Below, piece by piece: positions 18,102-28,611 of a stretch of DNA of 64,000 nt; position 1 is the first letter of the stretch, and every line of letters starts with the position of its first letter. Origin of the DNA: Bacteroidota bacterium (GTDB lineage: Bacteria > Bacteroidota > Bacteroidia > AKYH767-A > 2013-40CM-41-45); contig JBMQEM010000208.1 of NCBI GenBank assembly GCA_049363815.1, positions 23,919 through 87,918 of the forward strand, given 5' to 3'. The notes below the pieces were generated by a model. The model did not search any database and had not been told where the DNA came from. It worked only from the letters and a program-made list of their open reading frames with translations. The position numbers and the translations under genes are program-made.

Positions 18102-19508
18102 TTATTTCTGATCAAAAATTGTTTCATCAACTTTCAATGCTTCCTTCATTTCTGAACTCACTAAAAGTCCCCAGGCAGATGGTTGCCCTTTAATATATTT
18201 TCTGACATAATCTTTAATGTCCTGACGTGTTACTTTTCTGAGATTAGAAACATAATTGGTATAGTAGTCAACGCTTGCTGATGACCACCAATAAGTAATT
18301 GTATGGATATACTCAGAGGTTTTTTCTTTTCCAAAACCTTCTCCGATCTCTAATTGATTCTTTGCAGTTTCAAGCTGTTCGTCTGTAAAATAATCATCAG
18401 TATCCCAGAGAGCCATTTGGTCCTGTAGTACCTTAACAGCTTCCTTGATCTTTGCAGGATTCGGAACCATTATGATCTGGATAGGACCAGTATACTTACA
18501 GGTTTGATAACCGACATTTAACTGGAAGGCCAAACCACCTTCTACAAGTGCTTTCTGCAATTTGGAATTTGTTTGTCCGAGAATGAATGAGAAAACATCA
18601 GCAGCATACGTGGATTTGATGTCGTTTCTGGTATCAGGTCCATGCATTCCTGCAGCAATGAAAGGCGCCTTGGCATTTTCATTCACTACAATAAAATTGT
18701 TCTGACCAACCATTGGATACATTTCAGGTATTGGCCAGCGTTTGAAAGGATCAACTGTTGTTGGTTTCCAGCTTCCGAAAATTGATTCAGCCATTGCAAA
18801 AACTTCATCGTGGTTCACATCACCAGCAACACACAACAAAGAATTATTCGGATGATAGAATTTATTCTGAATCACCTTCATTTTTTCCGGAGTGGCAGTT
18901 TGAATGATGAAATGATCACCAATCGGGTTCTTTCTGCAAAAATGATCGCCCCACATTTTATAGCTTAGTTCCTGAACAAGAAAAAAGACAGGATTGGATT
19001 CATTCCTTTGGAATTCTCCATCTACAACTACATTCTCTTTTTTCATTTCTTCCTGACTGAACAGAGGATACCGAATGGCAGAATTGATAAATTCAAGGCC
19101 TGGTTTCAGATTATAATTTCCAAGGGTAACATAATAATTGACGCGCTCATTAGAGGTTGTACCATTGAATACAACTCCAAGTTCCTTAACCCGAGCCAAA
19201 AACTGCTCTTGTGAAGGATAGTCTTTGTTTGCTTTGAAGAACATGTGCTCATAGAGATGAGAAAGTCCATTGTATTCCGGCGGTTCGGTATAACTGCCGT
19301 TGCGGACACAGATTTCAATGGTCGCTAAAGGGACGGAGGCGTCCTCAATAACCAGGACTTCAAGTCCGTTATCCAGTTTCTTTGAAAAGAAATTGGAAGG
19401 AAGGGCAGATTCTGCTGCTGTTAACTGAAAGGAATTTGCAATTAATAGCGAAGCAATTAATAAGCGGATCGGTCGTTTCATAAATAGGGTGAATTTTATC
19501 GAAAGCAA
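18102..19508 (-). CDS. M16-family zinc metallopeptidase (insulinase/pitrilysin type), catalytic subunit
   Basis: 468 aa. Inverted zinc-binding motif HLYEH (LSHLYEHMFFKANKDYP). Signal peptide. Start may be the internal Met (MKRPIRLL) at 19481. Confidence 0.8.
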   Translation of the reverse strand: MLSIKFTLFMKRPIRLLIASLLIANSFQLTAAESALPSNFFSKKLDNGLEVLVIEDASVPLATIEICVRNGSYTEPPEYNGLSHLYEHMFFKANKDYPSQEQFLARVKELGVVFNGTTSNERVNYYVTLGNYNLKPGLEFINSAIRYPLFSQEEMKKENVVVDGEFQRNESNPVFFLVQELSYKMWGDHFCRKNPIGDHFIIQTATPEKMKVIQNKFYHPNNSLLCVAGDVNHDEVFAMAESIFGSWKPTTVDPFKRWPIPEMYPMVGQNNFIVVNENAKAPFIAAGMHGPDTRNDIKSTYAADVFSFILGQTNSKLQKALVEGGLAFQLNVGYQTCKYTGPIQIIMVPNPAKIKEAVKVLQDQMALWDTDDYFTDEQLETAKNQLEIGEGFGKEKTSEYIHTITYWWSSASVDYYTNYVSNLRKVTRQDIKDYVRKYIKGQPSAWGLLVSSEMKEALKVDETIFDQK

Positions 19509-19610
19509 GATATATTTTGTTTACGAATACCCCTACTTCTTAACAAACTTTAAGAATAAAAGCCGAAAAATTAATTATCCATAGAATTACGACCCGATCC
19601 TCAAAAAATG

Positions 19611-20300
19611 CTAAAAATTGTAAGTATATCCCACCCCAGATACTACATCATTAAGCGGTTCTGTCAGATTCTGCTGATACATGAAAAAGATATTTAACTG
19701 ATGAATAAGATTAAATTCGTAATCGATTCCGGTTTCGTACCTGAACCGTTTTATACTATTGAATTTTTCACCGGGCACACGTAACTGATAGTACATTTCA
19801 GTTGAAACATAAGGTGAATATCGTTCACCGATATCAAGTTTTAAAATCGCTTTTGTCCGGGAAACATACTCAGGGAATTTTCCGGTCTCGCTGGAAGAGA
19901 CATCCCTGATCTGTGACTGAATACGTTCCCGTAAATTTACTGTGATCTTGCTGAATTTGAATTTATATTTCAGGTCAAGGAACCCCCTGTGCCGGCTTGA
20001 AAAATAGTCAAGTTCATTCTTGGCAATAAATCTGTAATTTACTGAAGCACTGAAATCCTTTGAAAACTTGTATTCAAACCCTGCCTCTGCAAGCCATGAA
20101 TCAGAAGTGAGTAGGTTCCTGTTTTGCCGCTCCTGAAAAGAAACTTCGACCGACGACTTCGTAGTAAATTTATGCTTCAAAGATACAGATGACCAGAAAC
20201 TAAAATCATGTTTTGAGGAAAGAGCTGAGCTTGAAATACCCAGACAAAGTAATATAAAGTACGGGCGAAAATTCTTAATCATAGGAAAAGAATAAATCAA
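19611..20300 (-). CDS. Hypothetical outer-membrane beta-barrel-like protein (DUF2490-like)
   Basis: 229 aa, signal peptide. Alternating aromatic/hydrophilic beta-strand pattern. C-terminal YTYNF. Confidence 0.4.
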   Translation of the reverse strand: MIYSFPMIKNFRPYFILLCLGISSSALSSKHDFSFWSSVSLKHKFTTKSSVEVSFQERQNRNLLTSDSWLAEAGFEYKFSKDFSASVNYRFIAKNELDYFSSRHRGFLDLKYKFKFSKITVNLRERIQSQIRDVSSSETGKFPEYVSRTKAILKLDIGERYSPYVSTEMYYQLRVPGEKFNSIKRFRYETGIDYEFNLIHQLNIFFMYQQNLTEPLNDVVSGVGYTYNF

Positions 20301-20857
20301 TATTCATATGTATATTTTTTTACGTCCAGAAGTTTATCCTTTGGATCCATTGTTTTCTTTTCAGTCTTCAACCCCCTTTTATCATAGAGAATAAACGCTT
20401 TCCGTATCAACTCCCCTTTCACATTAAAAGTAAGTTCAATGGTCCGGTCACCATTGGCATTATAAGTATACATTTCCCTTTCTACAAGCTTGCCGTTTCC
20501 ATCATAACGATTCTCCTCTGTTTTGACTCCATCGGCATTATAGGTTGAAACTCTGCGTTTTTTAAGAGCAGATTTCTCATCAAAGATCTTCTCTTCAATA
20601 ACATCTCCTTTTTTATTGAAGACAAAAGCTTCATGCGACTTAACTTTTCCTTCCTTATCATACTCTATTTTCTCTGTGATCTCTCCATTGGGCGCATAGC
20701 GTTCAAAAACCTCAGGAATAATAACCTGTCCATCCGGTTTCATCACCGTCGTAACAACCTTGATCGCTTTGATTTTATTCTTGATTACGTCTTTTTTACT
20801 CTGAGCATTTACAATCGAACTCAGAAATAATAAATGCATTAGCACTACTACCTTCAT
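20297..20857 (-). CDS. Secreted MORN/YwqK-like repeat protein
   Basis: 186 aa, signal peptide. Multiple about-23-aa repeats of the form Y..NGE/DG...E..Y (YAPNGEITEKIEY, YNADGVKTEENRY, YDGNGKLVEREMYTY, YNANGDRTIELTF). Confidence 0.5.
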   Translation of the reverse strand: MKVVVLMHLLFLSSIVNAQSKKDVIKNKIKAIKVVTTVMKPDGQVIIPEVFERYAPNGEITEKIEYDKEGKVKSHEAFVFNKKGDVIEEKIFDEKSALKKRRVSTYNADGVKTEENRYDGNGKLVEREMYTYNANGDRTIELTFNVKGELIRKAFILYDKRGLKTEKKTMDPKDKLLDVKKYTYEY

Positions 20858-21294
20858 TATTGATTATTTTTTAAGATATAAATAGTTGGTGAGATTGCTT
20901 CACCTCCGTTGTTACTTACCGACACTTCCACAATGACAGGAACATCCCTGCTTTCCGGATTCAAATTTCCATTGTAAGCACCCGTCGAATCATCAGAATA
21001 TGCAAAAAGCCGATAAGTTCCTTTTTGCAAAAATTCAAACTTGAAGCTGCCATCAAAACTTGTCTTAAAATCGTCATCATATGTACTTCCTTCATTTCCA
21101 TAAATTATATAGACATCCTCATCATTTGCCGGAACAGTATCTACTGCTGTTTGGAAAGAAGCATCATACTGAATCTGATAAACTTTTCCTGTGATCTTTG
21201 AAGTACCGCCTTCACCAGCTTCCTTTTCACAGGAAGACAAGACAAGAGAAATCATTGCGGCGAAAGCCGGCAGGGCTGAATTATATATTTTCAT
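20857..21294 (-). CDS. Hypothetical lipoprotein with transthyretin/CarboxypepD_reg-like fold
   Basis: ORF track begins at 21318. The lipoprotein-type signal MKIYNSALPAFAAMISLVLSSC begins at 21294. Motifs KITGKVY...GSFKFEFLQKGTYRLFAY. Confidence 0.45.
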   Translation of the reverse strand: MKIYNSALPAFAAMISLVLSSCEKEAGEGGTSKITGKVYQIQYDASFQTAVDTVPANDEDVYIIYGNEGSTYDDDFKTSFDGSFKFEFLQKGTYRLFAYSDDSTGAYNGNLNPESRDVPVIVEVSVSNNGGEAISPTIYILKNNQ

Positions 21295-21310
21295 ACTTTT
21301 ATTTATTAGT

Positions 21311-22549
21311 TCAATCAAAATTCTCCGGCGAAATTTTTATCAAAGTAGCCGGTCCTGTTTTCCCTTCATTCGAAAGATAAAACATACCATCTGCGTCCAT
21401 TGTGATACCTTCCGTTTTTGCAAAAAGCAATGGATCAAGAGGAAGCAATTTTAAAGGACTTCCACCCGGATCGGAGATCAGAATATATTTGTTACGTGCA
21501 TCAGTCAGATAGATCTTTCCGCTTACCGGATGCACAAATATTTCAGAAGGAATCAAAGCCTCCTTTTTTGTCACAACAGAATTAAAGATCTTGTCCGATA
21601 ATTTAATCGAATAGACAGGGGTAGCGGAAAATTTCTTTGTTGTGATATCGAACGAATAAATATTTTTTGTTGTTCTGTCAGCAGAATCAAAAAAACGCGG
21701 CGCTATAAGCAAACGGTTTTTATGCCGGTCATAACACAATCCTTCGAAATTCTGGAAACCCTGAGGCAACTTCAAAAAGTAAGTTGAAATTTTTTGTTCA
21801 GACTCAAAATTGCTGACACAAGTTAACTGACCATCGCTTCTTAAAATGTAAATATCATTGTTCACAATTGAGATCCCTTCATAATCTCCGGGGCCACCAA
21901 AATTGAAAGAATCAACAATTTTTTTCTTTGTCAGATCATATAAGAATACAGTCCCCTGTTCATCCTGAACACAGGCAACAATGTTATTTTTATGCATAGC
22001 AACTCCACTCACTTCTCTCAGTACATCCGGAAGCTCCCATTTTGAATCAATAGCTGAAAACCCTTTTATTGCACCACTTTTTACAAGTGCTTTCTTTTCT
22101 CTTGCAAAAACTTTCTTAGATTCAATAGCTCCTGAATTATCCATCCAGATATGAACCCTGTCTTTCAATGAAGATGCGATAAGTTTATACTGAACATGTT
22201 CATTAGACCATAGCAAAAACGCTTGTGTAATTTTAAAACCCGAGAAATCTTTGTTGAATGATCGCATGACCGGTGCAGGAATTTCAGAAACTTTAACTTC
22301 TTTATCTTCCGAAAGCAAAATTCCTGTTGGTGAAAACAGTACTTCTATCTCCCGGCCTTCAACCATAAATTCCGCTTCATAGTTTTCCTTTTCCATTTCC
22401 CATTGTACAAGTGAAGCAGTTGGATATAATTCCTTAAACTTTGATGAAATGGCAACCGGAGGATCAACTGATAAAACATTTCCGGCGATGATACTGAATC
22501 CGCCCAGACACAAAATTGAAATTAAGCTAATCTTGAATATTGATTTCAT
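21311..22549 (-). CDS. Secreted protein with N-terminal PepSY-like (beta-lactamase-inhibitor-like) domain and C-terminal SdiA-regulated/beta-propeller-like domain
   Basis: 412 aa, signal peptide. FKELYPTASLVQWEMEKENYEAEFMVEGREIEV resembles PepSY-like DUF domains. Remainder is beta-rich. Confidence 0.45.
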   Translation of the reverse strand: MKSIFKISLISILCLGGFSIIAGNVLSVDPPVAISSKFKELYPTASLVQWEMEKENYEAEFMVEGREIEVLFSPTGILLSEDKEVKVSEIPAPVMRSFNKDFSGFKITQAFLLWSNEHVQYKLIASSLKDRVHIWMDNSGAIESKKVFAREKKALVKSGAIKGFSAIDSKWELPDVLREVSGVAMHKNNIVACVQDEQGTVFLYDLTKKKIVDSFNFGGPGDYEGISIVNNDIYILRSDGQLTCVSNFESEQKISTYFLKLPQGFQNFEGLCYDRHKNRLLIAPRFFDSADRTTKNIYSFDITTKKFSATPVYSIKLSDKIFNSVVTKKEALIPSEIFVHPVSGKIYLTDARNKYILISDPGGSPLKLLPLDPLLFAKTEGITMDADGMFYLSNEGKTGPATLIKISPENFD

Positions 22550-22628
22550 TTTACAGTTTTAATAAAAACATTGGTTTTGTTCTTTATTAACTGCAAAATT
22601 ATCCGGCAAATTTGAAGCAAATTTGAAG

Positions 22629-23885
22629 TTAACGCTTCAATGTAAAGCAGTGAAATCCATTAAGATATGAATATTCCAATGTCAGTTCAAAAGATTCTGC
22701 GATCTTTTTCGCAAGCGACAATCCTATTCCCTGCGACACAGAGGAATTACCGGCATAAAAAAACCTTTTAAAGATCAATTCCGGTTCAAAAGAAAACGGT
22801 ACACCTGAATTTAAAATTTTGAGTTCCGATGCGGTTGAATGAACTACAACCTTACCTCCGGGCTCTGTATATCTTAAAACATTCGACAAAAGATTCCTTA
22901 TCAGGATTTCAGAGAGGTATGAATGAATGGTACAAACGAAATCAGATTCTGCTTCAAGTTTGACCACAATATTTTTCAGATCAAATTCTTCATTCATTTG
23001 ATCTGACAACTCTTTTGTGAGGAGAAAAAGATTCACTTTCTCTGATGTTCCAAATTCGTGATTCTCAATTTTCGTCAGTAACAGCAGTGATTGAACCAAT
23101 TTAGATAACCGGTGAGTTGTTTCGTAGGATGAAACGATCAATTCTGCATCAGCTTCTTTCAATTCATTGCTTTGCATCAGCAATTCCAGTTTGTTTTTAA
23201 TAATTGCAAGTGGAGTCTGAATTTCATGCGAAGCATTCTGATTGAATTCCTTGATGTTCCTGTAATCAGAAATTATTCTTTTGCTTAATTCACTGAGTTC
23301 GGAATTCAGTTGATTAAATTCTGTTGTTTTGCTCTTTGAAAATTGAAGAGGAACCAATGTATTGAGCGAATACTTCCGAAGAGCAGTCAGAGTTTTATAA
23401 AAAGGGTTAAAGATGTGTTTCAATACGACATAATTCAAAACCACTGAAATGAAAATGAAAGCCAGATATGCATAAAACATGGCCATAGCGATCTGTTCAG
23501 CAAGATCCTCAACATCGATCAATGACTTCCTGAGTGTTACGGCATAGATCTTATTGTTCTGCTCTACGCTGAATCGCCATTGCCTGAAATGTTGTTCCCC
23601 TTCAAACGGATGAATCATACTTGTATCTTTCCGCTCAGTTTTGAAAGTTGCAGAAGTCGGTTTCGATTCAATGTAAAAATTCACGCCTTGATACTTAACA
23701 TCCAATGAATCGCTGTTAGCAAGAATTCTTTCCAGGTCTCTTTTTTCGTCCCGTAACTGCTCATCAAGTTCTTCGTATATCTCGTCCTTAAAAACAAAAT
23801 AAAAGAATACCCCACCAAACGAGAACACCAAAAGTGAAATTACAAGATAGTAGACCGAAACCCGGTTTAATAATTTCATTCGCAA
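22629..23885 (-). CDS. Sensor histidine kinase (two TM, HisKA + HATPase_c)
   Basis: 418 aa. H-box NQNASHEIQTPLAIIKNKLELL. Overlaps the upstream response-regulator gene by 10 nt. Confidence 0.85.
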   Translation of the reverse strand: MRMKLLNRVSVYYLVISLLVFSFGGVFFYFVFKDEIYEELDEQLRDEKRDLERILANSDSLDVKYQGVNFYIESKPTSATFKTERKDTSMIHPFEGEQHFRQWRFSVEQNNKIYAVTLRKSLIDVEDLAEQIAMAMFYAYLAFIFISVVLNYVVLKHIFNPFYKTLTALRKYSLNTLVPLQFSKSKTTEFNQLNSELSELSKRIISDYRNIKEFNQNASHEIQTPLAIIKNKLELLMQSNELKEADAELIVSSYETTHRLSKLVQSLLLLTKIENHEFGTSEKVNLFLLTKELSDQMNEEFDLKNIVVKLEAESDFVCTIHSYLSEILIRNLLSNVLRYTEPGGKVVVHSTASELKILNSGVPFSFEPELIFKRFFYAGNSSVSQGIGLSLAKKIAESFELTLEYSYLNGFHCFTLKR

Positions 23886-24553
23886 ACAATTTTATAACCC
23901 AGACCATAAACAGTTTTCACAGGGTCAGCTCCACCGGCATCTGTGATCTTTCTTCGTAAATTTTTTATGTGGGTATATATAAACCCAAATGAATCAGCCT
24001 GATCGATACTATCGCCCCAAAGGTGTTCTGCAATTGCTTCCTTAGTGAACACCTTTTCTTTTCCTGAAATGAGATAGATCAGGATCTCATACTCCTTTTG
24101 AGTCAGTATAATTTCCGTTTCCTTAACAAATAACTTTTTCGTAGCAATATCTATCCGGAGTGATCCACAATTAATAATATCAGAACCATTGAAGTATTTC
24201 CGACGGATCAGTGCTTTTAATCTGGCATTTAATTCTGACAGATGAAACGGTTTGGTGAGGTAATCATCGGAACCTTTGGCCAGCCCTGATACTCTGTCAT
24301 CAATCGAATTTTTTGCTGAGACAATGATAATTCCGGTTTCAGTATTGATCGCTTTGAGCTCATCAATGAGAAGCAGACCATTATTATCAGGTAGTGTAAT
24401 GTCGATAATGATGCAATCATATTGATAAGTTGAAATCAATTGACTTGCCGTATGATAATCAGCTGCGATTTCACATACAAATCCTTCCATTGAAAGATAT
24501 TCTTTCATAGAGCTCAACAACTCCAATTCGTCTTCAACGATAAGGATTTTCAT
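23876..24553 (-). CDS. OmpR-family response regulator (receiver + winged-helix DNA-binding domain)
   Basis: 225 aa. MKILIVEDELEL...DCIIIDITLPD receiver. C-terminal KTVYGLGYKI wing. Confidence 0.9.
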   Translation of the reverse strand: MKILIVEDELELLSSMKEYLSMEGFVCEIAADYHTASQLISTYQYDCIIIDITLPDNNGLLLIDELKAINTETGIIIVSAKNSIDDRVSGLAKGSDDYLTKPFHLSELNARLKALIRRKYFNGSDIINCGSLRIDIATKKLFVKETEIILTQKEYEILIYLISGKEKVFTKEAIAEHLWGDSIDQADSFGFIYTHIKNLRRKITDAGGADPVKTVYGLGYKIVCE

Positions 24554-24623
24554 TCTGAAATGTAAATGATGTAAATGAATAATAGGTCAAATTTAACTAT
24601 TCAGTTGAAATTTGTCTAAAAAA

Positions 24624-25595
24624 TTATTCTGCGCTCTTTTCTCTCTCTTTTTTTCTGAAATAAGATCTGAGAAATATACTATGCTTTAATGCTTCCAGAT
24701 CCTGGTCTAGTTTTTTTGAAGCTGCTTCAATATTAACAAGCGCACTTCTAAGATCCTTTGCCATCATTGAATCCGCCAACAAGCTATTCATAACGCCATT
24801 ACCTTTATTTATCTGACCGGTAATAACCGATACATCATTTGTGATGAGAGAAAACTTTTCACTTCCATTCTTCACATTTAGAATAGCTGCACGCAGATCA
24901 TTGGAAAGAATACTGTCATTGATCATCATACCAAGAACACCTTTTCCTGAATGAGCTTCTTTAGTAATATCAGAAAGTTGACCTGAGGTCTCGACAAGAT
25001 TGCGGCTTACATATTGTATATTCATCAATGTCTTTTCAACATCGCGGGCCAGCATTGTATCCATCAAAATTGTATACAATGTTCCACGGCTTTTATTTAC
25101 GTTCTCCGTGATTTCTTTCAGATTCTTTGTAATGGTAGAAATATTATTATTTGTTACATCAAGGGTTCTGAGCATTTCTTCAGTATTTACGATCTTGATA
25201 GAACGGATAACACCCATGTCTTCGACGAGCGGTACATCTGAACTTCCCGGTGCTATGCTTACAAGTTTATTACCCATCAAACCATCAGTACCAATTGAAG
25301 CAATTGCATTGGACCGGATATACTTCTTAAAATTCTCATCGATCACCATTGCAACTTTTATTGTTGAGTCATTAGAGAATTCGATCTTGTCTACAGTTCC
25401 TACATCAATCCCTGAGTAACGAACATTGTTTCCGACTGCCAGTCCGTTCACATCAGTAAACTCACATGTGAGTATGAATGTCTTCCCAAACATACTTTTA
25501 CTTTTACCAATCGAATACAATCCGAATATCAGTAATCCTGCTCCGGCGATTACGAAAATGCCTAGACGGATATTTCTGGAGATCTCTTTATTCAT
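24624..25595 (-). CDS. mlaD: MlaD-like MCE-domain protein (phospholipid ABC transport periplasmic component)
   Basis: 323 aa. N-terminal TM anchor. MCE domain (NVRYSGIDVGTVDKIEF). Last gene of the mlaE-mlaF-mlaD cluster. Confidence 0.8.
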   Translation of the reverse strand: MNKEISRNIRLGIFVIAGAGLLIFGLYSIGKSKSMFGKTFILTCEFTDVNGLAVGNNVRYSGIDVGTVDKIEFSNDSTIKVAMVIDENFKKYIRSNAIASIGTDGLMGNKLVSIAPGSSDVPLVEDMGVIRSIKIVNTEEMLRTLDVTNNNISTITKNLKEITENVNKSRGTLYTILMDTMLARDVEKTLMNIQYVSRNLVETSGQLSDITKEAHSGKGVLGMMINDSILSNDLRAAILNVKNGSEKFSLITNDVSVITGQINKGNGVMNSLLADSMMAKDLRSALVNIEAASKKLDQDLEALKHSIFLRSYFRKKEREKSAE

Positions 25596-25618
25596 CTTAT
25601 TCTAACTTAATTTCATTG

Positions 25619-26395
25619 TTATTCAAAAAACGGATGTGTTTGAGGGTCATTTATCTGACTAAGTTCTTCATAGGTCCCTTGTTTGTAATTTATTCCATTG
25701 ACGATGACAAGCAACCTGTCTCCTGTCAATCGCGCACAATGCATGTCGTGTGAAATGATAATGGAGGAAGTATTATATTTCTTCTGCACATTCAACATCA
25801 GGTTAATGATCTCACTTGAAGTGATCGGGTCGAGGCCTGTAGTGGGTTCGTCGTACAACATTATTTCAGGATGCAGAATCAATGATCTTGCAAGTCCAAT
25901 TCTCTTTCTCATTCCGCCTGAAAGTTCAGATGGCATCAGGTCTATTGCATTTAACAATCCAACATCATTGAGTGTCTCCTGCACCAGTGCAAAGGCTTCT
26001 GCCTTAGACTTGTGTTTTCCATGTCTTCGTAAAGCAAATTCAAGGTTCTCTCTTACAGTCATGCTATCATATAATGCACTGCTTTGAAAAACGAAACCGA
26101 TCCGTGCACGTAATTCATCAAGTTCAAACTGACTTAAAGAAGCGATCTCTTTACCAAAGACTTTTATTGAACCGGCATCATATGGTAGTAATCCGATGAT
26201 ACATTTAATCAAAACTGATTTACCGCAACCGGATTTTCCCAGTACCACCACATTCTCGCCACGATTGATCGTAAGGTTGAAATCATTGAGAACATGATTA
26301 TTCCCAAACGATTTGAAAAGTCCGGCAACTTCGATCACCGGCTCTCCATCTTTAGCGGAGCGATTAGATTGAATTTCTGCAGCAGCTTCTTTCAT
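25619..26395 (-). CDS. mlaF: ABC transporter ATP-binding protein MlaF-like
   Basis: 258 aa. Walker A GKSGCGKS. Signature LSGGMRKR. Walker B MLYDEPT. Overlaps mlaE by 4 nt. Confidence 0.9.
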   Translation of the reverse strand: MKEAAAEIQSNRSAKDGEPVIEVAGLFKSFGNNHVLNDFNLTINRGENVVVLGKSGCGKSVLIKCIIGLLPYDAGSIKVFGKEIASLSQFELDELRARIGFVFQSSALYDSMTVRENLEFALRRHGKHKSKAEAFALVQETLNDVGLLNAIDLMPSELSGGMRKRIGLARSLILHPEIMLYDEPTTGLDPITSSEIINLMLNVQKKYNTSSIIISHDMHCARLTGDRLLVIVNGINYKQGTYEELSQINDPQTHPFFE

Positions 26396-27216
26396 AAATA
26401 TCCGAAGAATTCAGTTATTTGAACAGCGATCAGGTCGATTACAAAGACCAGTAAAGATCCGATTACGACAGAAGAATTAGCGGACCTTCCTACGCCTTCA
26501 GTCCCTTTATTGGAATTATAGCCTTTATAACAACCTATCAATCCTATTGCGAATCCAAAGAAGAATGTTTTGATGAATGCAGGAATGATATCGCTGAATT
26601 CAAGACTATCAAATACCTGTTTGAAAAAAAAGTTCAGGCTTACTGAGCCCCTGATATTCACAGCCAGATAAGATCCATACAATGCAACTGCGTCACCGAT
26701 AATGATCAGTATGGGAATAGTAAGAGTTGTACTTAATATCCGGGTTACAACTATATACTTGAATGGATTTGTCCCACTGACCTCCATAGCGTCGATCTGT
26801 TCCGTTACCTTCATTGAACCAAGTTCGGCACCGATGCTTGAACCAATTTTTCCTGCGCAGATCAATGCTATTACAACCGGTCCGATCTCTCTGATAATAC
26901 TGATGCCTACCATTGAAGGCAACCATGCTTCAGCACCAAACTCTACCAGCGTTGGCCGGGACTGTAAAGTCAGGACCAATCCAATGATAAAAGAAGTGAT
27001 CGCTACAAGAGAAAGCGAACGGTTACCTATCTCGAATGATTGTCTGAATACCTCTCTCCATTCAAAAGGAGCTTTGAAAACCTGTTTGAAAAATTTACCT
27101 GCAAATCTCGAAATAGCTCCGGCTTCACTTAAAAATACGATCATTGCTTTTGGCAATTTATCATAAATCGAAGCCTTCGGTACTTCAGGTCTGAATTTCG
27201 GTTCCATGGCATTCAT
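26392..27216 (-). CDS. mlaE: MlaE-like ABC transporter permease
   Basis: 274 aa, polytopic. Conserved MlaE/Ttg2B-type motifs (GAEAWLPSMVGISIIREIGPV). Confidence 0.85.
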   Translation of the reverse strand: MNAMEPKFRPEVPKASIYDKLPKAMIVFLSEAGAISRFAGKFFKQVFKAPFEWREVFRQSFEIGNRSLSLVAITSFIIGLVLTLQSRPTLVEFGAEAWLPSMVGISIIREIGPVVIALICAGKIGSSIGAELGSMKVTEQIDAMEVSGTNPFKYIVVTRILSTTLTIPILIIIGDAVALYGSYLAVNIRGSVSLNFFFKQVFDSLEFSDIIPAFIKTFFFGFAIGLIGCYKGYNSNKGTEGVGRSANSSVVIGSLLVFVIDLIAVQITEFFGYL

Positions 27217-27284
27217 AACACAAACTTAAACTTAATTTACAGAAATTGAATATGGAATGAATTTTTCCGTAATCACGAAAATAA

Positions 27285-28556
27285 TCAGCTTCCATAATAT
27301 TCAAATGCTTTCCGGGAAAGACCTTCGCGGTGGTCAGGATGCGCAATTGAAATGAGCGCCTTTGCTCTTTGACCAAGATTTTTCCCATAAAGATCAACAA
27401 TACCGAACTCTGTGGCAACATAATGAACATGGGCTCTTGTGGTCACTACTCCGGCTCCGGGTTTGAGGATCGGAACAATTTTCGATTCACCTTTCGAAGT
27501 AACTGATGATATGGCAATGATCGGCTTTCCTCCTTCGCTGAGCGAAGCACCTCTTATAAAATCCATTTGACCTCCTACTCCGCTGATAATCCTGTTACCA
27601 ATGGAGTCAGAACATACTTGTCCGGTTAGATCGATCTCCACAGCACTGTTGATCGCCGTCATCTTATCATTTTTACGAATAACAGTTGTATCATTTACAT
27701 AAGAGACATCCAGTAATGCCACCATTGGATTGTCATTTATAAAATCATACAGTTTCTTTGTGCCCATTGCAAATGCACTTACAATTTTTCCTGTATGCTT
27801 TTTTTTCATCCGTCCATTTATTATTCCCTTCTCGATCAATGGCAGTATTCCGTCAGAAAACATTTCAGTATGAATACCAAGATCCTTATGACCGTTCAGA
27901 CATTGCAGAACAGCATTTGGAATTCCACCAATTCCCATCTGCAGGGTAGCTCCATCTTCGATTATTTCCGAAATAAATTTTCCGATAGCCAGTTCTGTTT
28001 CGCTGGATTCCGGTTGTTTTAATTCAAACAGTTCATGATCATGAAATACAGCAGCTGTGATCTTACTGAAATGAATTTGTCCATCGCCATGAGAGCGGGG
28101 CATTTTCGGATTGACAAGAGCAATAATTTTCTGAGCTACATCAGTTGCAGCTTTTGCAATATCAACTGAAACGCCAAGAGAACAATAACCATGTTGATCC
28201 GGTGGTGAGACTTGAATCAGGGCTGTATTGATTGGCATAACACCTTTTCGGAACAAGGCGGGAATTTCACTCAGGAAAACCGGGACATACTGTACATTTG
28301 AAGAATTGACAGATGAACGAAGATTTGCTCCGATAAAAAAACTGTTGATGTGAAATGAATCCTTGAATTCAGGAGAAGAATATTTTGATTCCCCTTCAGT
28401 ATGAATGTGGACGATCTCAATGTTGGATACTTTTTTATTCCGTGCAGACAGTTCATTGATCAGAAGGCCCGGTGTTGCCGCTCCTCCATGAACAAAGACC
28501 CTTTCATTATCTTTAATTAATCTTACAACTTCTTCTGCTGATTGATATGTGAACAT
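27285..28556 (-). CDS. Acetyl-CoA hydrolase/transferase family protein (succinyl-CoA:acetate or 4-hydroxybutyrate CoA-transferase-like)
   Basis: 423 aa. N- and C-terminal AcetylCoA_hydro domains (GGAATPGLLINEL...; GIGGIPNAVL...SGVGGQMDF). Confidence 0.8.
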   Translation of the reverse strand: MFTYQSAEEVVRLIKDNERVFVHGGAATPGLLINELSARNKKVSNIEIVHIHTEGESKYSSPEFKDSFHINSFFIGANLRSSVNSSNVQYVPVFLSEIPALFRKGVMPINTALIQVSPPDQHGYCSLGVSVDIAKAATDVAQKIIALVNPKMPRSHGDGQIHFSKITAAVFHDHELFELKQPESSETELAIGKFISEIIEDGATLQMGIGGIPNAVLQCLNGHKDLGIHTEMFSDGILPLIEKGIINGRMKKKHTGKIVSAFAMGTKKLYDFINDNPMVALLDVSYVNDTTVIRKNDKMTAINSAVEIDLTGQVCSDSIGNRIISGVGGQMDFIRGASLSEGGKPIIAISSVTSKGESKIVPILKPGAGVVTTRAHVHYVATEFGIVDLYGKNLGQRAKALISIAHPDHREGLSRKAFEYYGS

Positions 28557-28611
28557 ATAGAACTCAAATGTAGTTAAGGTAAAAATTAATAGGCAGGTTA
28601 ATATTTGTCAG

